Positions 8,291-17,750 of a DNA stretch of 51,305 bases are shown here, piece by piece. This stretch comes from a virus (Duplodnaviria; Caudoviricetes): the IMG/VR virus record IMGVR_UViG_3300032274_000005, positions 1 through 51,305 of that record; one strand, given 5' to 3'. The stretch's first letter is position 1. Each line of letters opens with the position of its first letter. The translations under genes and the position numbers were made by a program. Below the pieces are notes generated by a model. That model saw only the letters and a list, made by a program, of their open reading frames with translations. It was not told the origin of the DNA and ran no database searches.

Positions 8291-11200
8291 ATGGGATCTG
8301 ATCTTGCACCCGATTACCTCCGAGGCATCGGCAAACCCCTTGACCTGACCACCTCCCACATCGGTGATGAGGTGGCGTCTTTGTACTCGGGGTCATTCAC
8401 GCAGGCATCCCCGGTGGTGGGTGGTGTGACGTACATGGACGACACCACGTCACTCCGCATCCGTGCCTCTGGCCTCCAGACGGATGGGACCACCCTGAGT
8501 GTTCGCACCAACCGAGCGGCCCCCCATCCGGGCCGGTTCGTGTGGAAGCCCTCCAGCACCACCGTGTCAGGTGTGGACTGGAGAGGCCGTGACATTGCCC
8601 AGGTCACCGGCTGGCAGGCTGTGGCCTCTGACCTTGGGGCATACAATCAGGTGATGCTGCCCCACGCCGCAGCCCTCCCTGATGGGTCTGTGGTCGTGGC
8701 CTTGCAGACCCAGGACGGTGGCGCCGGGGTGTTTCAAGTCGAGGTCACCACCTACACCCCCAAGGGCTCACACGATGCCTCTGGGGACTCGTTCGCGTCC
8801 CTGACCACCCTGTACGATCAGGTCACCTCAACCTCTGAGAACCTGCACCCGTGCTGCGCTGTGGACCCCCGAACGGGGTGGGTGTACGTGGCCCATTGGG
8901 TGCCCAACAACACGATCAATCTGGCCAACATCCGTATCCACCGGTCCACCGACTCCGGGGCCACATGGACCACCCACAGCACAGCAGCCCTCACAGACGA
9001 GGTGGACATCTCAAGTTCCCTCGGATCTGGCAACGACGGGTATGACCTGGGCCGGCTGCGCATGGCCATCAGCCCCAATGGGCAGGCCCTCATTGTGGGT
9101 GCGCTTGTCAGGCACGACACGTCCGCAGCCTCTCGATTCCAGAACGCCCTCGTGCAATACGCCTCATCCGATGGGCTGGCCTCGTTCACGCAGGTTGATC
9201 TCGACGTGCTCACTGTCTCGCAGTTTGTGAGCGCTGTGGCCGTCGCATGGGACCACGACGTGATGTACTACGATGGGGCCTTCTGCGTGGCCGGTCCCGT
9301 CCGAGTCAACGGCACCAACGACAAGATCGCATTCATCCGTCTGCCCCATGCCTACGCCTCCGTCATCCCCCGTCTCGGCGCCAACGCCTCCACGGACCTC
9401 GTGGACCTCGGGGCCACTGATGTGGTGTTTGACGCTGCTGTCACCCTGGCAACGGCCCACGACCTCAACCAGTCTGCCACCTGGGCTGATGAGGATGGCG
9501 TGCTCTACATGGCAGCGACGGCCCGATCGGGCACGACGTACCCAGGGCACACCTTCCTCCTCAACAGCATTGACGGGGGTACGTCTTGGTACTGGACCGG
9601 TGACGGGGACTGGAGAGAGGCATCAGCCGGGGCCAATCAGGAGGTGGAGGGAACCATTCTCGATACCGGGGACGCGACCACCTACCACCTTGAGTTGGCC
9701 GGATGCTCTACCCGTGGCCGTCAGCTCCTCTTCACCAACTACACAGACACAGCCGCATCCACAGACGACTTTGTGTCTATGGTGACCCTGGGTGGGTACA
9801 CGACGGTTGAGGCACCCAACCGCCGAGACAACCCACAGGTGTACCAGTCGGACCCGTGGGACGAGGTGTACCTGCCCCTTGAGGACCTGGGCAACCTCAG
9901 CAGCATCACCAAGGCCACGACGGGTACGGCCTCCGTCTCACAGTTGGTCACCGGCCTCCAGCACTCGACCACCACCGGCACCCTGTCCTATACCAGCGCG
10001 ATCACAGCCACCCCATCCAACGGGGTCGTGGTCCTCTTTGACTACACCCCCACCACGGGGGGATCGGTGACCTCGGCACAGCGGGGGGCCATCGTTGAGA
10101 TCGGGGACGGCTCAAGTTCGTACAACGTAGAGATCCGCATGGATGACACCCGGTTCAGGGTGTACGACAACGTAGCCGCAGCCACCGTGGGCACGTCTGA
10201 CAGCAAGGACGCAGGCACGCGGACACAGATTCTCATCGCCGTGGCAAACGGCAAATGCTCGTGCTGGGAGCGTGACGGGGACACGTCCGAGGACCGGGCA
10301 TGGACGGAGGTGGTGAGCGGGGCCTCACTGACTGAAGAGACATCATCCCCGGCCTCGTCATCGTCGATCAAGTGGGGCCACCTCACCACGGGTACGATTG
10401 TCACGACGTGGGGCGTGGTCGCATACGTGGGCAACACCTCGTACACCAAGGCAATGGCAGCCGGGCCGACGTACCCCGATGACCTGCACGGCCGAGAGTA
10501 CCCGCCCCGATCCCGTACCGTCTCCATCACCGATGGCCTCCGACTGTCCACGCTGGATGGCTCCCCGTCCGAGGGTGAGGAGTACGCGATCGTCGCTGAT
10601 GCGGAGTTCCACCTCAACAACGTCGTTCATGCCTACAGTCCATCACCCCGAGTCGTGTGGCGGTCACAGGCAGACAACGTACAGCAGACCATCCCGATCC
10701 AGCTCAACATTGAGGAGTCAGATCCAGCCACAGCCCGTGACGGTCGGCTGGAGTCAGACCTGATCTATGTGCTGCTCAGGAACGTCAACTTCTCTCAGTT
10801 CAGCATCGACTACTACCAACTCAGCGGAGGGTGGTCCTCGTTCGCCTCGTTTGACACAGCCCTCAAGGTCGGTGGGGCGCAGCTCCGAAACGGCTTGATC
10901 GAACTCAACACCTCAGACACCAACACCGAAACCACCACGGTCCACGTGTTCGCAGACGAGTACGCCGGATGCAACGTCATCTACGGTGTGGGCAGCCCGG
11001 CGTACTACCAGATCACCACCCACACAGCAGGTGTGCTGGACAACGTGAGTGACCACCTCACCCCCCGGTTCCGGGTGCGTGGGGATGCGGGCTCGGCAAC
11101 GATCCAGACGGGCACGACCCTCCAGATCATCCCCCGTGATGTGCTTGTGGTGATCAACACGGCTGGCATCGACTATAAAGCCCTCCGGCTCAACATCACA

Positions 11201-11788
11201 GCCCAGCACACCTATGAGGACTACTATCGGATGGGTGCCCTTGAGGTGGGCAGCGTGCTCCCCTTCGGCATTGACCCCGATTGGGGTCGGCGCCTGGAGG
11301 GTGTCCAGGGCACGATCACGGATGACGCACCGGACGGCACGAGGCGGTCAACAGACCTCGCACCCGGCCACCGACGTGTGCAGATCGGGTGGCCCTATGG
11401 GATGGAGCAGAGCGGCCTGTTTGGGCTCACACCTGACCCTGACCACAGCACAGCGTCAAGCGTGTCGGGCAATGGTCCCGTGTCTGCCTACTACGATGTG
11501 CCGTACTCGCTGAAGTATCTCAGCATGGCCCACGGCACGGGTAAACCGATCGTCTACATCCCGAGCATTAAGCGGTCAACGGCTGCCGTCTCTGGCACAG
11601 TCACCCCGGCCACGCAGGGTGAAGAGGCCATGTGCTTTGTGCGCCGGGCCGACTTCATTCATGGATACATTGACTCCCCGGTGGAGATTGAATCCCGGTT
11701 GGGTGAGGAGAACCGAGGGTATGAGAGTGGCACCCCCAAGGGTGAGCAGGTGCTCCTGACCACATGGAACATTCGGGAGATCGTCTGA
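8291..11788 (+). CDS. Large tail-tip/distal-tail protein with Asp-box (BNR) beta-propeller
   Basis: 1165 aa; Asp-boxes STDSGATW, SSDGLASF, SIDGGTSW; follows tape measure. Confidence 0.65.
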   Translation: MGSDLAPDYLRGIGKPLDLTTSHIGDEVASLYSGSFTQASPVVGGVTYMDDTTSLRIRASGLQTDGTTLSVRTNRAAPHPGRFVWKPSSTTVSGVDWRGRDIAQVTGWQAVASDLGAYNQVMLPHAAALPDGSVVVALQTQDGGAGVFQVEVTTYTPKGSHDASGDSFASLTTLYDQVTSTSENLHPCCAVDPRTGWVYVAHWVPNNTINLANIRIHRSTDSGATWTTHSTAALTDEVDISSSLGSGNDGYDLGRLRMAISPNGQALIVGALVRHDTSAASRFQNALVQYASSDGLASFTQVDLDVLTVSQFVSAVAVAWDHDVMYYDGAFCVAGPVRVNGTNDKIAFIRLPHAYASVIPRLGANASTDLVDLGATDVVFDAAVTLATAHDLNQSATWADEDGVLYMAATARSGTTYPGHTFLLNSIDGGTSWYWTGDGDWREASAGANQEVEGTILDTGDATTYHLELAGCSTRGRQLLFTNYTDTAASTDDFVSMVTLGGYTTVEAPNRRDNPQVYQSDPWDEVYLPLEDLGNLSSITKATTGTASVSQLVTGLQHSTTTGTLSYTSAITATPSNGVVVLFDYTPTTGGSVTSAQRGAIVEIGDGSSSYNVEIRMDDTRFRVYDNVAAATVGTSDSKDAGTRTQILIAVANGKCSCWERDGDTSEDRAWTEVVSGASLTEETSSPASSSSIKWGHLTTGTIVTTWGVVAYVGNTSYTKAMAAGPTYPDDLHGREYPPRSRTVSITDGLRLSTLDGSPSEGEEYAIVADAEFHLNNVVHAYSPSPRVVWRSQADNVQQTIPIQLNIEESDPATARDGRLESDLIYVLLRNVNFSQFSIDYYQLSGGWSSFASFDTALKVGGAQLRNGLIELNTSDTNTETTTVHVFADEYAGCNVIYGVGSPAYYQITTHTAGVLDNVSDHLTPRFRVRGDAGSATIQTGTTLQIIPRDVLVVINTAGIDYKALRLNITAQHTYEDYYRMGALEVGSVLPFGIDPDWGRRLEGVQGTITDDAPDGTRRSTDLAPGHRRVQIGWPYGMEQSGLFGLTPDPDHSTASSVSGNGPVSAYYDVPYSLKYLSMAHGTGKPIVYIPSIKRSTAAVSGTVTPATQGEEAMCFVRRADFIHGYIDSPVEIESRLGEENRGYESGTPKGEQVLLTTWNIREIV

Positions 11789-13482
11789 TGCACACCCTTA
11801 CGCCCACCCGTGATGAGTGTGCCAGGGCCGTGGATCGGGTCTACCTGCTGGACCTGACCATCGACAAGACGTACAGACTCAGCACCCGGCCCATCACCAT
11901 CACGGACACAGATGGTGTGGTCAGGCAGTACACAGGGGGCATCCTAAACGAGCCTGCCCCCGTCACGTCCACCAACCGTGATGGGGTGTCTGACGAGTCC
12001 CCACGGGCTCCGATGGAGATATCAATCCAGGGTGTGGACGTGGCCACCCTGATTGGTGGCAAGGTCAGACTGCAAGAGGCCCGTGGCTCACTGTGGGAGG
12101 TCTTCGTCGACAGCAACGGGGATGCGATCCAGTCGTGGCGCCGCCGGATCGCCCACATCGTGGACGGCATTGTCAAGAGCCCACAGTACGACTCGGCTGA
12201 CTCCGCTGTGTCAGTCATGCAGTTCACCCTTGAGGGGAAGCCCTTTGATGCGGCCGGGGCCTTTCTCAGCGAAGACGCGATCATTGATCTGGACTCGTGG
12301 CCCGACTCTGAAGACCTCGGCTCAGAGGGCTCCCCGTACCCGAGGGTCGTGGGCTTCCCCGGCTCGTTCGTTCGGAGTGATGGGGACAGTGGCACCACCT
12401 CGGGGAGCCCGGCCTACCCGGTCACCGACCACGCAGGCCACCCTGAAGAGTTCCTGATCTGTGATGGGTGGTGTGGGGCCACACAGGTGAGCGTTGCCGC
12501 TGTGGGTGTGGGCACGTCCGCCTTCACCCTCTCAGGGGGCACGCTCTACCCAACCAGGGACGGCCGGGGACGGCTTGTCACAGTCATCAATGCTCACTCA
12601 GAGTCCACCGCATGGCAGGAGGCAGCAGAGCACTATGTCATCTGGGACAAAGACCACGGTGGGGGCACCCTCAACCCGTTCGGCCTCGGCTGGCTGGAGG
12701 GTCTTGGGGACGTGTGCCTCTACCTGCTGCAACAGTCCCCGGCTGCCTACAACCTCTCAGCGTGGATGGCCGAACGTGCGCAGCTCAACCGATACAAAGT
12801 CTCCACGTTTTGGAACGATCAAGAGGAGACGATTCGAGAGGTCTTAGAAGGGCTGCTTGAGGACTTCCCTGAGGTGGGTGTCCGCAGGGATGCCAACGGG
12901 CTCCGACCGGTCCTGAGACGTGCGGACTACGCTGACAGCGAGGCAGCCGGGTACATCTACGCTCGGACCACACGGAACGGCAAGACGAAGCGCTGCCCAG
13001 ACTTCCACCCGCTGGAGGATAGCAAGTGGACGGATGCGCGTGACGATGACGAGCTGGTCAACAAGATCACCGTCAAGTTTGCCCGACGTGTTCGCACCGA
13101 CCGATACCGGCGCAAGATCACCGTGTCCGGCACCACTGCCTCACTCGGGGAGACACAGACGGCCAGCCAGTACAGCCGGGACGCACTCACACGGGCAGGT
13201 GAGGACAGGACAGCCACACGAGAGGCGCTGAACGTATACGATGACGTGACAGCCGGTCTGGTTGCCCTTGAGGGTGTCCGGTACACTGGATTCAACTACC
13301 GCACCCGGCAGTATTTCGCGGCCTATCGGTGGGGCTGGCTGGAGGTCAATGAGGTGTACCTGCTCACCGATGACGTGTATGTGGATGTTCAGGTCGAGGT
13401 CATCAGCAAGGAGCCCACGCTCGGCGGGTACGTGGTCACGCTGGCCTTGGATGATGACCCGGTGAGGCTGGCTGCAAAGTAA
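11788..13482 (+). CDS. Tail hub/baseplate protein
   Basis: About 564 aa; TGATG-coupled; 'LVNKITVKFA' and terminal OB-like strands typical of tail hub proteins. Confidence 0.6.
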   Translation: MHTLTPTRDECARAVDRVYLLDLTIDKTYRLSTRPITITDTDGVVRQYTGGILNEPAPVTSTNRDGVSDESPRAPMEISIQGVDVATLIGGKVRLQEARGSLWEVFVDSNGDAIQSWRRRIAHIVDGIVKSPQYDSADSAVSVMQFTLEGKPFDAAGAFLSEDAIIDLDSWPDSEDLGSEGSPYPRVVGFPGSFVRSDGDSGTTSGSPAYPVTDHAGHPEEFLICDGWCGATQVSVAAVGVGTSAFTLSGGTLYPTRDGRGRLVTVINAHSESTAWQEAAEHYVIWDKDHGGGTLNPFGLGWLEGLGDVCLYLLQQSPAAYNLSAWMAERAQLNRYKVSTFWNDQEETIREVLEGLLEDFPEVGVRRDANGLRPVLRRADYADSEAAGYIYARTTRNGKTKRCPDFHPLEDSKWTDARDDDELVNKITVKFARRVRTDRYRRKITVSGTTASLGETQTASQYSRDALTRAGEDRTATREALNVYDDVTAGLVALEGVRYTGFNYRTRQYFAAYRWGWLEVNEVYLLTDDVYVDVQVEVISKEPTLGGYVVTLALDDDPVRLAAK

Positions 13483-13509
13483 AACGCCCCACCGTTACGG
13501 GTGAGGCGT
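13477..13509 (-). terminator. Intrinsic terminator on the minus strand
   Basis: Minus strand ACGCCTCACC-loop-GGTGGGGCGT followed by TTTACTTT. Confidence 0.6.
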
Positions 13510-13882
13510 GGGCCGGTCGGACATAGCCGAGCGCGGGGGGTGCTCTCTTGTAACACCTCAAGCGGAAACCCCCACCCGGTGAGGGGTGAGGGCTCTTGGC
13601 CCCGAGGTCATCTCTGAGGGGTTCTCAGATCAGGTCCACGGGGCACAGGTACGTAGTAATATCTGTATACCACGATCGGCCCAACGGACGTGGTATACCT
13701 TGAGCGTAGGCTGTTGCTGGCCTGCCCCATCAATCCAAGAACGAACAGCAGGCCGGGTGAACGATCCCCGGCCTGCACTCGTTCGGGGATGGCCCTAAAG
13801 AGGACGGCCACAGAGACAACCCCTGTGACCGATCGGCTTGACGCGTCACCCCCGCTCAGTGCAAACGGAAATCACAACCGAT
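13480..13882 (-). ncRNA. Putative ~400-nt structured non-coding RNA (family not recognised)
   Basis: No credible ORF; extended -10 TGcTATGAT at 13888-13896 (minus); terminator at the 3' end; multiple long stems and 5'/3' end pairing. Confidence 0.45.
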
Positions 13883-13887
13883 GTCCC

Positions 13888-13932
13888 ATCATAGCAAAGT
13901 CAAGCCCTTGACGCGGCAAGACGTGATATTAT
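13888..13932. promoter_or_regulatory. Divergent extended -10 promoters with a central GTCAAG-cc-CTTGAC inverted repeat
   Basis: TGcTATGAT (minus, 13888-13896), TGaTATTAT (plus, 13924-13932), inverted repeat at 13899-13912. Confidence 0.5.
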
Positions 13933-13958
13933 CGGTCTAAACCTACGAGGGACGGCAA

Positions 13959-14252
13959 ATGGCAGTATCCAAGACGGTCACCGAGCCCACCGAGGGGAGC
14001 GCCGGCACCCTTACAGCCACGGCCTCAGCCAACAGCATCACGGTGAGCAACTGCCGGTTTCTGTTTGCCTACATCGATGACGCCACCAACGACGGCACCT
14101 TCGGCCGGGACTCCGCAGATCAGGCCCCCCTGCCCAAGCAGACATGGGTTGAGGTGTGGCGCCGGACGGACATGGGCAGTGAGGGCACCATCACCATGTT
14201 CTTTGCCAGCACATCCGGCACCCCCACCCTGTACTTTCGAGCTGCGCAGTGA
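13959..14252 (+). CDS. Small beta-rich virion-type protein
   Basis: 97 aa, GAGGG RBS, T/S/A-rich. Confidence 0.55.
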   Translation: MAVSKTVTEPTEGSAGTLTATASANSITVSNCRFLFAYIDDATNDGTFGRDSADQAPLPKQTWVEVWRRTDMGSEGTITMFFASTSGTPTLYFRAAQ

Positions 14253-14977
14253 ATGGCATGTACGGCATGGCTGGACAGTCATCGGCGGGGGGAGGGGTAG
14301 ACCTCTCGGCCGTCCCCTTGGATGCCATTGACGCAACCACCGGCTGGACTGCTGCCGACCCTGACTCCATCGTGTCATCCCTGACCATCACCGATGGCGT
14401 CCACAAGGCCACGATGGCAGCCGTCGCAGGCGGCAACGATGACTACTCGCTGGTCAGTGGATCGGCGTTCGATGCCCAGCGGGCCTACATCAACCTCAAC
14501 GATGCCTCTGGCGCCCGCATCACGACGGAGGATGACTGTATCGTCTACCTCCGCCTCTCGTATGAGACGCCCGACACGGCGTTTGATCAGCAGGTGTCAT
14601 TGCTCGTCTGTGAGGCCCCGGCCTCCCAGGTGGCTGCCGATGTCAACGGCGTGGGTGTCCAGATCCAGAGGCAGTCAGGGACCACCCGATGGGCCATCGT
14701 CAACAACACCTCTGCCACCATCGACACCTCGGGGTCAAACAAGTACGTCACGTCGGTGATCTTCATTAAGGGAGGCGCGTTTGCCGATCTCGCTGCCATC
14801 ACCGTGGACGCATCTGAGAACGGCGTGGGCACCCCGAGCCGAGCAGTCACCACCCCCACAGCATCCACCAACCTCTCTCTGATGTTGAGCGTGGGCGTGC
14901 ATGGCACGGCTGCTGTGTCCTCGGGTGCTGATTGCCAGTTTAAGGCGTGGTACAAGGTCGTAAAATTCACCGTCTGA
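14249..14977 (+). CDS. Putative virion/receptor-binding protein
   Basis: 242 aa, beta-sandwich-like composition; GTGA overlap. Confidence 0.5.
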   Translation: MNGMYGMAGQSSAGGGVDLSAVPLDAIDATTGWTAADPDSIVSSLTITDGVHKATMAAVAGGNDDYSLVSGSAFDAQRAYINLNDASGARITTEDDCIVYLRLSYETPDTAFDQQVSLLVCEAPASQVAADVNGVGVQIQRQSGTTRWAIVNNTSATIDTSGSNKYVTSVIFIKGGAFADLAAITVDASENGVGTPSRAVTTPTASTNLSLMLSVGVHGTAAVSSGADCQFKAWYKVVKFTV

Positions 14978-14985
14978 GGTCACCT

Positions 14986-15618
14986 GTGAAAGAGCATCTG
15001 TTTATCGCGAGCGTCGACCACGCAGGCAGACCCAGCAAGGGGTTTGAGGATCGGGGGGCTGCGTTCGATCTCGACTTTGACGGCATCCCCGATGTGTCTG
15101 AGGTCAGGGTCAACCGGTACGTGTCTACCCGCATGGATGAGCACTTCCTCAACCATGCGGGTGAGGTGGACTTCGTGACCATGACCGATGGTGAGTACAG
15201 TGAGCGCCACAAGCGGGCCAACCGGTATGGGGCTGATGCCTACCTCGCATTGCACGTCAACAGCCACCGACGCACCGACATCAACCAGGGCTTGTTCTTT
15301 TACGACCACCGGACCTCACCGGGCAACGGTGATGCCCTTGCCAAGGCTCTTGCGGACGAGTGGCGGAAAGAGGCTGCCAAGCTCGGGGTGGCCGGGTTCG
15401 ATGTCCGAGCCCTCCCCACGACCCTCCCGACGTGGCGGAACCCCCACTACACGATCAAGGGGCTCAAGCGGCCCGTTGGCATCTGCTGTGAGCCCTGGTT
15501 TCTCAGCAACCCTGAGCACGTCGAGTTGTTCGCCACACAGGCCGGGTACGAAGCCCTCGCAACCGCCCTGTGTCGTGGCCTGCTCTCGTGGGCACGTGGA
15601 CGCCGACAGGTAGCCTGA
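14986..15618 (+). CDS. Endolysin, N-acetylmuramoyl-L-alanine amidase (Amidase_3)
   Basis: Zn ligands VDHAG, SE..VN, LALHVNS and catalytic CEPWFLSN; 'RANRYGAD'; GTG start after GAGGT. Confidence 0.8.
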   Translation: MKEHLFIASVDHAGRPSKGFEDRGAAFDLDFDGIPDVSEVRVNRYVSTRMDEHFLNHAGEVDFVTMTDGEYSERHKRANRYGADAYLALHVNSHRRTDINQGLFFYDHRTSPGNGDALAKALADEWRKEAAKLGVAGFDVRALPTTLPTWRNPHYTIKGLKRPVGICCEPWFLSNPEHVELFATQAGYEALATALCRGLLSWARGRRQVA

Positions 15619-15677
15619 TCCACCACGACCCTCCCAAACCCCCACCGACCCAGCCAGATCCACCCGAGGCAGACCCG

Positions 15678-16385
15678 ATGACATTCAACAAGAGCAAGGC
15701 CCTCGACCTGTGGGACCACCACAAGGCATCCATTCTTCCCACCATCTCTGATGGTGTCCTCAAGGCCATCCCCGCCGCTCAGATCGTTGAGCTTGTGCTC
15801 AAGGAGCTGATGGAGGCCCTGATCAAAGAGTCTCCCCGTGCCTGGGCATGGATGCTCCAGCGTGTGGCCCGTGCCTCTGCTCGCCTGGATGAGCGGCTGA
15901 CATGGAACGGCGTTCGTGAGGGTCGGTTCAAGGACTGGCTTGAGGACAATGACGACCTCTACACCCACCTTATCGGGGGCCTTGCTGCTCTCTCGGAGGC
16001 GGTTGAGCTGGAGATCGACGCGGAAACCGGAGCCCAGATCCTCAGTCTGTTTGACTCCCCGGTCAAGCTGGGTCGGGCTCTTGACTTCCGCGCTGTGGAG
16101 CGCCCGCAGAGCACCGACCTCGTGACCACGGATGGCGTGTCCAAAGACGACCTGATTGCCAGCCTTGCCAATGAGAAAGCCGAGCTTGCCAGCCGGGTTG
16201 ACTCTCTCACCGAAGAAGTCTCCACGCTGCGTGCCCTCATCCAATCCGGCGCCGCTGATGCCGTACTCACCCCGGCACCCAAGCCGGTCATCCCCTCCGA
16301 GCCCGTTCCCACGGTGACTGCTCCCCCGGCCGGTGGGGTCACCCGTCGCCGCGCTGGCACCTCCCGACCCGTGGGCAGCCGATGA
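15678..16385 (+). CDS. Hypothetical protein with coiled coil and Pro-rich tail
   Basis: ATG after GAGG; about 235 aa. Confidence 0.6.
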   Translation: MTFNKSKALDLWDHHKASILPTISDGVLKAIPAAQIVELVLKELMEALIKESPRAWAWMLQRVARASARLDERLTWNGVREGRFKDWLEDNDDLYTHLIGGLAALSEAVELEIDAETGAQILSLFDSPVKLGRALDFRAVERPQSTDLVTTDGVSKDDLIASLANEKAELASRVDSLTEEVSTLRALIQSGAADAVLTPAPKPVIPSEPVPTVTAPPAGGVTRRRAGTSRPVGSR

Positions 16386-17002
16386 CCATCCTCCTGCTCT
16401 TGCTGCTGAGTGCAGCCCGTGCCGAGCCCGAACCGGTGGACTGCTCTGCGATCCCGCTGCCGGTGGAGTGCGTGGAGGGTGCCACGGTCACAGTCGATCC
16501 GTCGCTGCTGGAGGGTGGTGCCGATCCCCTCGTCCACCCTGACATCGACCCCGAGCCCACCCCTGCCGGTGAAGGTCGACGCCTCTACCATCCGGGCGTC
16601 GACCTCATGTACGCCCTGATGTGGTGGGCCAATGCCGGTGAGAGGATGGCAGCCACTACCATAGGGATCGCTGGCATCGTGGGCAGCATCCTCAGCGTTC
16701 CCCTCAACTGGCTGGCCGTTCACGTCGGCCTCCGTCTCCGTCGCCTGCGTGGTCGAGAAGAGGACCACGAGCCTGTCAAGGTCACGGCTCGGGAGGCATC
16801 AGAGGGCAGCGCTCAGGTTGCACTGCTGCGTGAATCGGTCACGAGACTCAAGGCGAAAGAGGAGAAGTTGGAGCAGGCGAACAACCTGCTCAAGTCGCAG
16901 CTTCACATCCTCCGAGGCCACCACATCGACTCTCTCACCGAGAATCAGGCAGCCCGTGCCGCAGCCCTCAAGGCGGCTGGTCACTCGGTAGACCTGCTGT
17001 GA
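16382..17002 (+). CDS. Single-pass membrane protein (signal peptide, TM, coiled coil) in the lysis operon
   Basis: MTILLLLLLSAARA signal; TM IGIAGIVGSILSVPLNWLAVHVGL; RLRRLRGR; coiled coil. Confidence 0.6.
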   Translation: MTILLLLLLSAARAEPEPVDCSAIPLPVECVEGATVTVDPSLLEGGADPLVHPDIDPEPTPAGEGRRLYHPGVDLMYALMWWANAGERMAATTIGIAGIVGSILSVPLNWLAVHVGLRLRRLRGREEDHEPVKVTAREASEGSAQVALLRESVTRLKAKEEKLEQANNLLKSQLHILRGHHIDSLTENQAARAAALKAAGHSVDLL

Positions 17003-17499
17003 CTGTCTCAGATGAGACACGTGGGGTTCTGGAGGGGTACGCCCAACGCAAGAGCCTGGAAGACCTTGAGGCTGCTGTGTTCGGCGCCACCCACGCCCCC
17101 TACTACAGCCACAACGGCACCACGAGGGGTGACACCCCGGCCGCTACCATCCCCCTGTTTCGTCGGGTGCTCACCCAACGTCTGAGGATGGAGCGTGTTG
17201 AGTGGGGGCCTGCTGCTGCCCTGCGTGGCCTTGCTCGCCAGCCGTGGCGGGCTCTCAGCCCCCGAGAGGCAGAGATGGTGGAGCAGGGTGAGGCTGTGAG
17301 GCTGCCGGGCTCTGAGAGCCTGCTACCGGTTGAGCCTCCCCCGGTGGAGCACCCTCTCATGCCCAGGCGTAAAAAGGCCCGGTATGCCGGGGGTGAGGTC
17401 GCTGTGTCCAAGCTGATGCAGGCGTACCTGGGGACGGCCCGCATCCTCCGTATGCTCAGGACCGGGCACAAGACCCAGGCCGGTCGGTTACGGTCATAG
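16999..17499 (+). CDS. Hypothetical protein
   Basis: 166-aa coupled ORF, last gene of the operon. Confidence 0.55.
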   Translation: MTVSDETRGVLEGYAQRKSLEDLEAAVFGATHAPYYSHNGTTRGDTPAATIPLFRRVLTQRLRMERVEWGPAAALRGLARQPWRALSPREAEMVEQGEAVRLPGSESLLPVEPPPVEHPLMPRRKKARYAGGEVAVSKLMQAYLGTARILRMLRTGHKTQAGRLRS

Positions 17500-17525
17500 A
17501 GCCAACGTGGATGGGCTGCTCCCGA

Positions 17526-17551
17526 CCCTCACCCCTCACCGGGTGGGGGTT
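17526..17551 (+). terminator. Hairpin/terminator at the convergence of two operons; inverted copy of 13567-13592
   Basis: CCCTCACCC-CTCACC-GGGTGGGGG-TT. Confidence 0.5.
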
Positions 17552-17750
17552 CCTCGTTCGTGGGCCGGCCCGTCTTGATCAGGTCCAACAGAGGGCCTGT
17601 GATGGTGGCCCGGTAGATGAACCGGATCTCACCGTCTGAGAAGCCGATGACGTGGCAGTCTCGACCCTTCCCGAGTTGCCCAGTCAGAGCAGGACGGCCC
17701 TTGAGGGTGTGCCCGTGTGTGCTCGCGTATTTGATGAGCTTTGCCAGCAT
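17529..17750 (-). CDS. Hypothetical protein (73 aa)
   Basis: ATG coupled to the upstream gene (TGATG), GGAGG RBS. Confidence 0.5.
   Translation of the reverse strand: MLAKLIKYASTHGHTLKGRPALTGQLGKGRDCHVIGFSDGEIRFIYRATITGPLLDLIKTGRPTNEEPPPGEG

Noticed and set aside
13483-13900. RNase P RNA, tmRNA or tRNA identity for the structured region; short ORFs 13586-13798, 13608-13811 and 13690-13911
   Set aside because: No GAGGAAAGTCC, no tRNA-like T-arm or CCA end; the ORFs lack RBSs and protein-like composition.
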